Shown here in pieces: positions 48,174 to 57,767 of a stretch of 64,000 bases of DNA. Source of the stretch: an uncultured Thermoleophilia bacterium (GTDB taxonomy: Bacteria; Actinomycetota; Thermoleophilia; UBA2241). Where the stretch lies: positions 1,704 through 65,703 of the forward strand of contig CAVOMB010000060.1 of NCBI GenBank assembly GCA_963696935.1. The letters run 5' to 3'. The translations under genes were made by a program, and so were the position numbers. The notes beneath the pieces were generated by a model that was not told where the DNA came from, ran no database searches, and saw only the letters and a program-made list of their open reading frames with translations. Position 1 is the stretch's first letter. Each line of letters opens with the position of its first letter.

Positions 48174-50072
48174 ATGAGCACGCTACCCGAAAGAGCCTCG
48201 CGGCCCGCCCTCGAGGGCGCCGCCGCCCTGGCCCGGCAGCTGCGCGTGGACAGCATCCGCTGCACCGCGCGGGCCGGCTCCGGCCACCCCACCTCCAGCC
48301 TCTCCGCGGCCGACCTGATGGCCGTGCTGTTCTCCCGCCACCTCCACTACGACTGGAGCCGGCCGGGCCGCCCCGACAACGACCACCTCATCTTCTCCAA
48401 GGGGCACGCCTCCCCGCTGCTCTACTCCCTGTTCAAGGCGGCGGGGGTCATCGACGACCGAGAGCTCGTGGAGACGTACCGCACCATCGGCTCCCCGCTC
48501 CAGGGCCACCCGACGCCGAAGCTGCCCTGGGTGGACGTCGCCACCGGCTCGCTGGGCCAGGGCCTGCCCGACGGCGTAGGCGTCGCCTTGGCCGGGAAGC
48601 GGCTCGACCGTCTGGACTACCGCGTCTGGGTGCTCTGCGGCGACAGCGAGCTCGCCGAGGGATCGATGTGGGAGGCGCTGGACAAGGCCGCCCTGTACGG
48701 GCTGGACAACCTGACGGCCATCGTCGACGTGAACCGGCTCGGGCAGTCGGGACCGACCGAGCTCGGCTGGGACGTGGAGGCGTACCGGCGCCGCGTGGAG
48801 GCGTTCGGCTGGCGCGCCGTCGTCATCGACGGCCACGACCTGCGGCGGATCGACGACGCTCTGTCCGTCGCCGAGCGGTCAGACCGTCCCACGGCGATCC
48901 TCGCCAAGACGGTCAAGGGTAAGGGTGTGCCCGAAGTCGAGGACCAGGAGGGCTGGCACGGAAAGCCCATCCCGCGTGAGGCCGGCGACGCCGCGATCGA
49001 GGCGCTCGGCGGCGTGACGGACCTTCACGTGGCGACGCCGCCGCGCCCGTCGCGGCCGGCGGCGGCGCCGGAGTCGCGACCCTCGACCGTCACCTTGCTC
49101 AAGTACGAGATGGGCATGAAGGTGGCGACGAGGACCGCCTTCGGCGACGCGCTCGCCGCCCTCGGCGCCCGTCCCGAGGTGGTGGTCGTCGACGGCGAGG
49201 TCGGCAACTCCACCTTCACCGACAGCTTCAAGAAGGCCTGGCCCGACCGCTTCTTCCAGATGTACATCGCCGAGCAGCAGATGGTCGGCGCGGCGGTCGG
49301 CCTGAGCGTGCGCGGCTACGTCCCCTTCGCCGCCACCTTCGCCGCGTTCTGGACACGGGCCTACGACTTCATCCGCATGGCCGCCGTCTCCCAGGCGGAC
49401 ATCCGCCTCTGCGGGTCGCACGCGGGCGTCGAGATCGGGCAGGACGGTCCATCCCAGATGGGCCTGGAAGACCTCGCCGCCCTGCGCGCCGTGCACGGGT
49501 CGACGGTGCTCTACCCCAGCGACGCGACCTCGGCGGCGGCGCTCACCGCGGCCATGGCCGACCTCCCCGGGGTGAGCTACCTGCGCACCACCCGCGGCGC
49601 TTACCCGGTGCTCTACGGCCCCGACGAGGAGTTCCCCGTCGGAGGGTCCAAGATCCTGCGCGAGTCGTCGCAGGACCAGGTCCTGCTGGCCGGCGCGGGA
49701 GTCACCTTGCACGCCTGCCTGGAGGCCGCGCAGCGGCTCGGCGACCGCGGCCTGCCGGCGCGCGTCATCGACCTGTACTCGGTCAAGCCGATCGACGCAG
49801 CGGGCCTCGCGAGCGCGGTGCACGCGTCCGGCAGGCGGCTGGTCGTGGCGGAGGACCACTATCCGGAGGGCGGCCTGGGCGAAGCCGTTCTGGCCGCCCT
49901 CGCCTCCCTCTACGAGCCGCTGCGCTTCGAGCACCTCGCCGTGCGCGACCTCCCCGGCTCGGGGACGCCCAAAGAGCTGATGGAGGCCGCCGGCATCGCC
50001 GCCGGCGACATCGAGGCGGCCGCCCTGCGGCTGCTGGGCGACCACGGCGAGCCGCGGCTGCAGCAGCCGTGA
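48174..50072 (+). CDS. tkt: Transketolase
   Basis: SGHPTS, SKGHA, ATGSLGQG, GDSELAEGS..N, IAEQQMVG, GQDGPSQM. Confidence 0.96.
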   Translation: MSTLPERASRPALEGAAALARQLRVDSIRCTARAGSGHPTSSLSAADLMAVLFSRHLHYDWSRPGRPDNDHLIFSKGHASPLLYSLFKAAGVIDDRELVETYRTIGSPLQGHPTPKLPWVDVATGSLGQGLPDGVGVALAGKRLDRLDYRVWVLCGDSELAEGSMWEALDKAALYGLDNLTAIVDVNRLGQSGPTELGWDVEAYRRRVEAFGWRAVVIDGHDLRRIDDALSVAERSDRPTAILAKTVKGKGVPEVEDQEGWHGKPIPREAGDAAIEALGGVTDLHVATPPRPSRPAAAPESRPSTVTLLKYEMGMKVATRTAFGDALAALGARPEVVVVDGEVGNSTFTDSFKKAWPDRFFQMYIAEQQMVGAAVGLSVRGYVPFAATFAAFWTRAYDFIRMAAVSQADIRLCGSHAGVEIGQDGPSQMGLEDLAALRAVHGSTVLYPSDATSAAALTAAMADLPGVSYLRTTRGAYPVLYGPDEEFPVGGSKILRESSQDQVLLAGAGVTLHACLEAAQRLGDRGLPARVIDLYSVKPIDAAGLASAVHASGRRLVVAEDHYPEGGLGEAVLAALASLYEPLRFEHLAVRDLPGSGTPKELMEAAGIAAGDIEAAALRLLGDHGEPRLQQP

Positions 50073-50217
50073 GCGCCGTGCGCAGCGGGAGGCGCCGGCC
50101 CCACCAGAGGGCGAGGGCGCCGGCATGATCGGCCCGGCGCTCCGGCGCTGACGAGGGAGGTGGCACGGACGAGACGGGGATCGGGGCGCCCGCGCAGCCG
50201 CCCCGCCTCGGTCACCC

Positions 50218-50433
50218 TCAGACTCTCGCCCGCCCCAGTCTGCAGGCGGCCACGTCGCCCAGCCGGCACAGCAGCTCGTCCCGGCTACCGAAGGTGCGGC
50301 TGGGCGACGACTGCAGCTGCGAGACCACGCTCCGCGGGCAGCCGTTCCGCTCCGCCTGTTCGGTGACGCTGGTGATGTCCGCCGGGAAACCGACCCCGCT
50401 CAGGCAGTCGTCCATGAGTTCCATATCGATCAT
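50218..50433 (-). CDS. Small DUF2795-like protein
   Basis: DCLSGVGFPA..TEQAERNGCP..QL..RTFGSRDELL. Confidence 0.65.
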   Translation of the reverse strand: MIDMELMDDCLSGVGFPADITSVTEQAERNGCPRSVVSQLQSSPSRTFGSRDELLCRLGDVAACRLGRARV

Positions 50434-50572
50434 CGTGAAGCCCCTTCTCGGATCGGGGGTGATTGCGTACACCTGCGTTGTTCCCCCAAGCGGCCGAAGG
50501 GCGGCTCCATCGCGGTGGGCCGCCCTCCGGCACCGTTCCTCTCTCGAGCCCTTGCAGGGCCCCCGGAACGTC

Positions 50573-51050
50573 TTACTTCACGGTCAGGACGGCCGTCCTG
50601 GCCCTCGCCTGCCGGTTGCCGGCCCAGTCCCTGGAGGTCGCGACCACGCGGTAGCTCCCGCGGTGGAGCGCGGCTCCCAGCTTCACGGCGACCGTCACGG
50701 TGGTGTTGACCTCGACGCCGGCCACCGTGCGGTTGGCGACGGTGCTGCCGGCTGAGTTCTTGATCTTGAGCGTCACGCCGGCGGTGAGGGAGCCGGGCAT
50801 GGCGTCGCCGACCTTGAGGCGCAGCTTGAGCCGGTCGCCCTTCTGCGCGTCGCGGGCGGAGACGACCGCGGCGCCGGTCTTGCACGACGGCTTCGGCAGG
50901 AGGTCGGCGCAGACGCCGTCGAGCACCACGCGCGCCAGGTAGACGGCCTCGCCCGTGCTGAGGTCCAACGTACCGAACAAGGCGACCTCGTCGCCCTCGG
51001 CGATGTCGGCGAGGGTGATCGCCGTCCTCCCGTGGTCGGCGACCTTGAAG
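50573..51050 (-). pseudogene. C-terminal Ig-like fragment of a surface protein
   Basis: LKLRLKVGD..VTLKIKNSAG..GSYRVVATSRDWAGNRQ; no plausible start or signal peptide. Confidence 0.55.
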
Positions 51051-51178
51051 ACGCCTTGGAGCGGCCTGAGCCGGGCCTGTGTAGATGGCCTGAGAACGCC
51101 TCATGCGGGAAAAGAGACGGCACCCGGGGAGACGCGAGGCAGGCGGACGCGGTACCCTGACGAACTCAAGGGAGAGGG

Positions 51179-52504
51179 ATGAGGACCAGACGACGCAGCG
51201 ACCTGACGAGCGGCCCGCGGCCATACTGGATGGCCGTCGTTTCCAGCTGGCGCTGCGTGACCGTCACGCTGGCCGCCCTCGTCGTCCTCGCGCTCGTCGC
51301 CAACGGCTGCTCCACCTCGTCCATCTCGGGTACGGACGGCCCGGCCGCCAGCCCGAGCCCCACGCTCTCGGCGGCCAAGGTCAAGATCACGCCGAACAAC
51401 GGCTCGCACGCGGCCAAGCCGTCCAAGGGCATCATCGTGACCGTCAAGGACGGTACCATCGTCAAGGTGACCGCGCGCGGCAACGGCGGCGCGGTCGGCG
51501 GCACGATGGACGACACGTCCACCGGGTGGCAGAGCAAGTGGACGCTCGCGACCGGTAAGCAGTACGTGGTCCGGGTCACCGCGGTCGACGCCGAGGGGCG
51601 CGAGATCACCAAGATGAGCCGCTTCCGCACGCTCGTGCCGAACACGACCGCCGACTGCCAGATCTACGAGGGGAAGGGCCAGACCTACGGCGTCGGCATG
51701 CCGGTCATGCTCTCCTTCAGCAAGCCCGTCGAGAACAAGAAGGCCGTGGAGGAGGCGCTGGTGCTGACGAGCTCCAGGCCGGTCGTCGGCGCCTGGTACT
51801 GGAACGGCGACCAGGCGCTCCTCTTCCGCCCCCGCAACTACTGGCCGCAGAACATCAAGCTGAGCTTCACCGGTCACCTCGACGGCGTGCAGATCTCGTC
51901 CGGCGTGTACACCACGCACACGCTCCGCCAGAGCTGGAGGATCGGCCGCTCGCTCATCCTTGTCGCAAGCGCCAGCGACCACCACATGGACGTCTACAAG
52001 GACGGCAAGCACTACGCCACGTGGCCCATCAGCACCGGCAGGCCGGGCCACGACACGCCCAACGGCACCTACCTCTCCATCGAGAAAGCCAACCCGCAGC
52101 ACATGGTCGGCCCGGACTACGACCTCATGGTGCCGTACTCGGTGCGGTTCACCTGGAGCGGCGACTTCGTCCACGCAGCTTCCTGGTCGGTCGGGTCGCA
52201 GGGATACACCAATGTCAGCCACGGCTGCGTCAACGTCAGCCCCAGCAACGCGGCCCTGTACTACTCCTGGTCCATCCCCGGCGACCCGGTCACGGTCACC
52301 GGCAGCCCCAAGCCCGGCTCCTGGGACGACGGCTACACGGTCTGGTTCCTCAGCTGGAAGCAACTCTGGAAGGGCAGCGCGCTGAACATGGCGGTGCGCG
52401 TGAACCAGGACGGCAGCACCTACGTCAAGGCGTCCGAGATCAAGACGTCACACGCCAAGGCGCCGGTCGCCAAGCCCAAGCCGGACAACTCCGCGGCGTC
52501 CTGA
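51179..52504 (+). CDS. L,D-transpeptidase (actinobacterial LdtB type, Ig + YkuD)
   Basis: Lipoprotein-like C after a hydrophobic stretch, YGVGMPV, WPISTG, DFVHAASW, VSHGCVN. Confidence 0.93.
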   Translation: MRTRRRSDLTSGPRPYWMAVVSSWRCVTVTLAALVVLALVANGCSTSSISGTDGPAASPSPTLSAAKVKITPNNGSHAAKPSKGIIVTVKDGTIVKVTARGNGGAVGGTMDDTSTGWQSKWTLATGKQYVVRVTAVDAEGREITKMSRFRTLVPNTTADCQIYEGKGQTYGVGMPVMLSFSKPVENKKAVEEALVLTSSRPVVGAWYWNGDQALLFRPRNYWPQNIKLSFTGHLDGVQISSGVYTTHTLRQSWRIGRSLILVASASDHHMDVYKDGKHYATWPISTGRPGHDTPNGTYLSIEKANPQHMVGPDYDLMVPYSVRFTWSGDFVHAASWSVGSQGYTNVSHGCVNVSPSNAALYYSWSIPGDPVTVTGSPKPGSWDDGYTVWFLSWKQLWKGSALNMAVRVNQDGSTYVKASEIKTSHAKAPVAKPKPDNSAAS

Positions 52505-52527
52505 CCTCGGCCGCGGCTTCCTGACGC

Positions 52528-52830
52528 TCAGACCAGCCGGTTCGCCACCGCGATCACGGCCGCCGTGGTGCTATTGGGCGCGTGCAGCTTCATCAGCACG
52601 TTGCTCACGTGCAGGCGCACGATCGCGGTGCTCAGGATGAGCTTCTCGGCGATCTCGTCGTTGGTCAGGCCCTTGACCAGCAGCGGGATCGCCTCCGGGC
52701 GCGTGTCCTTGAGCAGGTAGCTGATGGCCCCCGCGTCGAGCGCCCGTTACACCAGGTCGTCGGCGGCGAAGCTGGTCAGCGCGATCACCTTCACATTGGG
52801 GTTGGCAGCCTTGATCTTCGCCGTGGCCGC
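52528..52830 (-). pseudogene. LuxR-family response regulator remnant with internal deletion
   Basis: Manual translation KVIALTSF..ALDAGAISYLLKD joined directly to LLVKGLTNDEIAEKLILS..HVSNVLMKL. Confidence 0.75.
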
Positions 52831-52869
52831 GGCGACGGTCCTCGGCCAGGGGAGCCTGCGGCGGAGCGG

Positions 52870-53421
52870 CTACTCATTCCGGGGCTGGAACACCGCCGCC
52901 GACGGCACCTCGAGGTGTACGACGAGCGCCCCGAGTGTGTCCAGGCCGCGAAAGCAGCGCCGGCGGGCGACCGTCGGCCAGAAGAGGGGATCCTCGGCCA
53001 GCCGCGAGAGCTGCTCGTCGAGGGCCGCCTCGCGGGCGCGCGAGAGGTCGCGCGCCGCCGCGAAGGCCGGCAAGGGCACACTGATCGGCGTGAGCGCGCC
53101 CGCGGCCAGCAGGCGCACGAGCAGCTCGGCGTCCTTGCGGTCGGTCTTGACGCGGTCGCCGGGGCCGCGCGGCGTCTTGCTGGGGGCCACCACCTGCATG
53201 CCGACGCCGGCCGCGGTAGCGGCCCGGTAGAGTCCGTAGTCGGTGGGACCCGCCTCGTAGCAGGCGCTGACCGGAGCCGCGAGGCCGGTCAGCCAAGCGA
53301 CCACCGGCTCACTCTCGCCGCCGAAGCGCCGGTGCAGGAGCTCGCCGCTCCTCACATCGACGGCCGCCGCCTCGATCGAGCGGGCATGGACGTCCAGGCC
53401 GACCCATGTCATGGTAGCCAT
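52870..53421 (-). pseudogene. IS110 transposase remnant (internally deleted)
   Basis: WVGLDVHARS, CYEAGPT, RVKTDRKDAELL; the C-terminal Tnp domain is truncated. Confidence 0.88.
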
Positions 53422-53613
53422 TGCCGGACCCTCCCTTCGTCTGGGGCCAGCCGGAGCCTCGTCTCCGGCCAGGTAAACCCCCGTACATACGAACAGGGTC
53501 CGGCGCTGGGATGCCAAGGTCCGGCGGTTAGGGACCGCCATAGGGTCTATGCGCGACGGCGCCTGGTTTGCGCCGCGCCTCTGGCGCGCACGTAACCAGT
53601 AGGAGAGTGCGCG

Positions 53614-54282
53614 ATGGCGACGACGCGGCGACGGGCAGAACACGGGTCGGGGCGGCCGGGAGAGGCCGCCTATGCCGCCGTGCTGGGGCCGGCCGACGTC
53701 CTGCCGGGCCGGCCCTTCACCGATCCCGTAGAGACGGAAGCGGACGTGCTCGTCATGACCCGCATGCTCGCCCTCGAGCGCGAGATCGCGCTCACCTGGG
53801 GACCCGACATCGTCGGGCCGGACATCAGCGAGCAGGTGCGCGGCGAGACCCGGCAGCTGCTCGCCGTCCCCGACGGCCGCGCCCTGCTGGGCTCGCGCGA
53901 CGTCACCGTCGTCGGGTTCTTCGGGCTGCTGCGCCGGGGCGTCGACCACGCGGTCCTGTTCGAGCACGAGCGCGCCATCACGCAGACGTTCCCGGAGTTC
54001 GCCCCGCTCGGCTTTCTCAGCTACCTCGACTTCGGACCGGAGCACGGCCGGTACGGCAACCTGATCCTGTTCTGGACCCCGGATGTACCGGACGAGTGGC
54101 ACCGCGGCGAGACGCACCGGGCGGCGGTGGCCGTCGCCCCGGAGCACTACGAGTTCATCCGCCTGCACCGGGGGAGGATCCCGGGACCGTTCATGGGCGC
54201 CAGTCAGGTCGAGGTGATGCGGACGCAGTACCTGGACTTCGCCGGCCCACGGGTGTGGCGGGCAGTCCGGTCGTACGGCTGA
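53614..54282 (+). CDS. Hypothetical protein
   Basis: Full ORF with RBS and genome-like codon use; YGNLILF..W....HR.AV..APEHY..IRLH. Confidence 0.65.
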   Translation: MATTRRRAEHGSGRPGEAAYAAVLGPADVLPGRPFTDPVETEADVLVMTRMLALEREIALTWGPDIVGPDISEQVRGETRQLLAVPDGRALLGSRDVTVVGFFGLLRRGVDHAVLFEHERAITQTFPEFAPLGFLSYLDFGPEHGRYGNLILFWTPDVPDEWHRGETHRAAVAVAPEHYEFIRLHRGRIPGPFMGASQVEVMRTQYLDFAGPRVWRAVRSYG

Positions 54283-54422
54283 CGAGCGCCGTGTGCAAGA
54301 CCCCGAGTGCGAGCGGCCTGAGTCCGGCACGCCGCGCTCGAGAGGGCGTGTGGAGCGGCCGATGCCGCTGAGGGCCATCGTGATGCAGAACAGCGACACG
54401 GCGGAGAGCCGTCGCGCCCTGG

Positions 54423-54790
54423 ATGCGCGACGGACCGGTGGTGGCGACCGCTCCGGACGGCCCCCCGGCCTTGCGGCGCGACGTCGCAGCCGGCGAACTC
54501 GCGGCCCAGCCTTGGGTGGCGCGCGAGCTCGGGCCCACGACCGCCGTCAAGGGCGCCGTGGCCTCCGGGATGGGCGTGAGCCGCCTGTCGCGGGCGGCCG
54601 TCGTCCGGGAGCTCCGCGCGGGCACACTGGTCGAGGTACGCACGCCGCTCCGCACCCAGCGCTGGTTCCGCACAATCACACGAAGAGACGAGCGGGCCGG
54701 CGGCCTCCTGGACACACTGTTCGACTGGCTGCGCGAGCACGCGGCGCAGGACCCGCTGCCCGACCCCGCGAACGCGGCCGCGGCATCCCC
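54423..54790 (+). pseudogene. LysR substrate-binding domain fragment
   Basis: QPWVARE.G..TTAVKGAVASGMGVSRLSRAAVVRELRAGTLVEV; no HTH. Confidence 0.65.
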
Positions 54791-54960
54791 CCATCTCTCC
54801 GCGAGACCCGGGCAAGGGCGAGTAGCGCGCGGGCCCCGGACGACCTTCGGGCGCGCGAGCGGTATCATGCGTGGAGACAATCCCGGCGGCGTGCGGCACC
54901 ATGACCGCTTGGACCACCTGCGGGTCCTCCGCCAGACCACACAAGACCGAGAGGGGCGAC

Positions 54961-57042
54961 GTGCATCCCACACCCATCACCCGAGGAGTCCTCCGGACGG
55001 CCATCGTCGGCGCCACGGTCGCCGTCGTCCTGATGCTGGCGGTGCCGGCGTTCGCCGCGAGCGGCTGGAAGCCCGCGGCGAGCGGCGCCACCACGAACCT
55101 GAAGGGAGTGGCGGCCCCGACCGCCGGCCTGCGCTGGGCGGTCGGCGGCGGCGGCGTGATCCTCGCCTCGGCCGACGGCGGCACCACGTGGACGGCGCAG
55201 GACTCGCACACCACCGCCGACCTCAACGGCGTCGCCTTCGTCGACGCGCACAACGGCTGGGCGGTCGGCGGCGAAGGCGTCATCGTGGCGACCACCGACG
55301 GCGGCGCCACGTGGACGCCGCAGGCCTCGCACACCGCCGCCGACCTCAAGGCCGTCGCATTCGCGGACGCGAACACCGGCTGGGCGGTCGGCGGCGGCGG
55401 CGTGATCGTCGCCACGACCGACGGCGGAAGCACGTGGAGCGCGCAGACGTCGGGTGTGGGCGACTACCTCCTCGGGGTGGCGTTCGCGGACGCTACTCAC
55501 GGCTGGGCCGTCGGCCTCGGCGGAGTGATCGTCGCGACCATCGACGGTTCCACCTGGACGGGGCAGACGTCGGGCACCACCCAGGATCTCCGCGCGGTCG
55601 CCGCCGCCGACGCCACGCATGCGGTCGCCGTCGGCGCCCGCGGTACGATCGTGACCACTACCGACGGCCCCGGCTGGGCGGCGCGTGCCTCAGGCACGAC
55701 GAGCGACCTGATCGGCGCCGCCTACGGCGACGCCGCCCACGTCTGGGCGTCCGGCTCCGGCGGCATCGTCCTCCGCTCGGTGGACCGCGGCGTCACGTGG
55801 GCGACCCAGAGGACGGGCTCGATGGTGCTCACTTGCGTGGCCTTCGCCGACCCGGGCCGCGGCATCGTGGCCGGCGACGCCGGCACGATCAGCACCACCA
55901 CCAGCGGCGGCGTCGTCGACACCACCGCGCCCAAGACGAAGGCCACAGGCCTGCAGGTCACCGCCGCCAAGGGCTGGCGGAACTCGAAGCAGCCCGTCAC
56001 GCTCAAGGCCACCGACGCCGGCTCGGGCGTGGCCGCCACCTACTACACGCTCGACGGCGGCGCCAGGCAGACGTACGCCGGGCCGTTCGACATCACCACC
56101 GCCGGGTCGCACCGCGTCCAGTACTGGTCCATGGACTGGGCCCGCAAGGTGGAGACCAAGCACACGGGCTACGTCAACATCGACCTCAGCAAGCCCGTCT
56201 GCAAGGCGATCGGCAACCCCACCGCCTACACCGGGACCGCCGTCAAGTTCACCTTCAAGGTCACCGACGCCAAGCCCACGTGCGGCGCCGGCTCGGTGAG
56301 CATCGCGGTCCAGAAGGGCGATCAGACCAAGCGACGCATCACCATCGCCCGGACCACGTTCAACGTCGCGCACTCGACATCGCCGGTCATCTCACTCCCC
56401 GCCGGCAAGTACACGTGGGTGGTCACCGCCAAGGACCTCGCCGGCAACGTCCAGTCGGTCAAGGGCCACGCGCGGCTGACGCTCAAGAAGATGCCGCTGC
56501 CGACCATCGCCGACGTCCAGCGACGCCTGATCCAGCTCAAGTACCTGCCCTCCGGCGCGGTCACCGGCAAGGCGGACTACCGCACCTCGCAGGCGCTGAT
56601 GGCCTTCCAGGCGTGGAACGGCCTCTCGCGCGACGGCGTCGCCGGCGTGGCGACGCGCAAGAAGTTGGTGACGGCCTCGGTGCCCACACCGCGTCCCGCA
56701 AGCGCCAGCGGCCACTACGTCGAGGTGTTCCGCAGCTTGGGCGTGTGCCTCTGCATCGACAACGGCGCGGTCGTGCGCGCCGTCCACTGCTCCACGGGCC
56801 GTCCCGGCCTGGCTACCACGCCGGGCACCTGGAGCGTGTACCTCAAGTCGGTCCGCTTCTGGTCCAAGGACTACCAGTCGTGGATGCCGTACGCGAGCTT
56901 CTTCCACAACGGCGAGGGCCTGCACGGCTATGAGGATGTGCCCGCGTATCCGGCGTCGCACGGATGCGTGCGCCTGCCGATGCCCGAGGCGCCCTGGGTG
57001 TACCAGTTCGCCTACATGGGCGCCACGGTCTACGTCTACTGA
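54961..57042 (+). CDS. Secreted YCF48-like beta-propeller + Ig-like + PG-binding + L,D-transpeptidase protein
   Basis: Signal peptide; repeats of L.GVAF.DA..GWAVG.GG.I.ATTDGG.TW..Q; ALMAFQAWNGL..DG.AG; GLHG..SHGCVR. Confidence 0.88.
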   Translation: MHPTPITRGVLRTAIVGATVAVVLMLAVPAFAASGWKPAASGATTNLKGVAAPTAGLRWAVGGGGVILASADGGTTWTAQDSHTTADLNGVAFVDAHNGWAVGGEGVIVATTDGGATWTPQASHTAADLKAVAFADANTGWAVGGGGVIVATTDGGSTWSAQTSGVGDYLLGVAFADATHGWAVGLGGVIVATIDGSTWTGQTSGTTQDLRAVAAADATHAVAVGARGTIVTTTDGPGWAARASGTTSDLIGAAYGDAAHVWASGSGGIVLRSVDRGVTWATQRTGSMVLTCVAFADPGRGIVAGDAGTISTTTSGGVVDTTAPKTKATGLQVTAAKGWRNSKQPVTLKATDAGSGVAATYYTLDGGARQTYAGPFDITTAGSHRVQYWSMDWARKVETKHTGYVNIDLSKPVCKAIGNPTAYTGTAVKFTFKVTDAKPTCGAGSVSIAVQKGDQTKRRITIARTTFNVAHSTSPVISLPAGKYTWVVTAKDLAGNVQSVKGHARLTLKKMPLPTIADVQRRLIQLKYLPSGAVTGKADYRTSQALMAFQAWNGLSRDGVAGVATRKKLVTASVPTPRPASASGHYVEVFRSLGVCLCIDNGAVVRAVHCSTGRPGLATTPGTWSVYLKSVRFWSKDYQSWMPYASFFHNGEGLHGYEDVPAYPASHGCVRLPMPEAPWVYQFAYMGATVYVY

Positions 57043-57113
57043 CAGTGACGAAGAGGGGGCGCGGCGCGCCCCCTCTCGAGTCTCTGGACCCGAGCCGCGG
57101 CAGCCGTAGGGCT

Positions 57114-57767
57114 TCAGCCGCGCCAGTCGCCGCGAAAGCCCGCGACGCAGGCGCGGAACACGTCGCGGTGCCGGCCGCGCAGCAGCTCACGTTCGGGTTC
57201 CTCGTACAGAGCGTCGTACTCGGCCATGCCGTGCGCGAGCGCCCAGAGGGCGTGCAGGATCACGAAGATGTCGCCCTCGTCGCGGATGTCCAAGGCGCCG
57301 CTCTGGCGCGCCGTCTCGCCGAGCCGGAACATGCGGCGCACGAACTCGTCCGGCAGGGCGGCCGCGCGGAAGTCCGGCGCTTTGCTCCCGGCCGCGGTGA
57401 GCAGCAGCCGCCGCTCCCCGGGGTTCTCCCGCGCGTACTCGAGGTACGTCATGCAGATCTCGATGATCTGCTCCTCGGGCGGCAGATCCTCGGACACGCG
57501 GCGCATGTAGTCACCGAGGCGCTCGAGCCCGCGGGAGGCGAGCGCCCCCACGATCTCCTGCTTGCTCTCGAAGTACCGGTAGAGCGACGCAGCGTTGCCG
57601 AACCCGGCCCGCGTCGCCACCTCCTGCAGGTTCAGGGCGTCGACGCCGCGTTCGTCGACGAGCTCGGATGCGGCGTCGAGGATCTCGTCCCGGGTGCGCG
57701 CGTGGCGGACGGCGCGCCGTCCGGACGGCGCCTCCCGGCCCGCGCCGGTGGACTGCGGGCCGCTCAT
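57114..57767 (-). CDS. TetR/AcrR family regulator
   Basis: EILDAASELVDERGVDALNLQEVATRAG..ASLYRYFESK. Confidence 0.9.
   Translation of the reverse strand: MSGPQSTGAGREAPSGRRAVRHARTRDEILDAASELVDERGVDALNLQEVATRAGFGNAASLYRYFESKQEIVGALASRGLERLGDYMRRVSEDLPPEEQIIEICMTYLEYARENPGERRLLLTAAGSKAPDFRAAALPDEFVRRMFRLGETARQSGALDIRDEGDIFVILHALWALAHGMAEYDALYEEPERELLRGRHRDVFRACVAGFRGDWRG

Noticed and set aside
55100-55900. Nucleotide-level ~123-bp repeats as a mobile or CRISPR-like feature
   Set aside because: Fully explained by in-frame beta-propeller repeats of the encoded protein.
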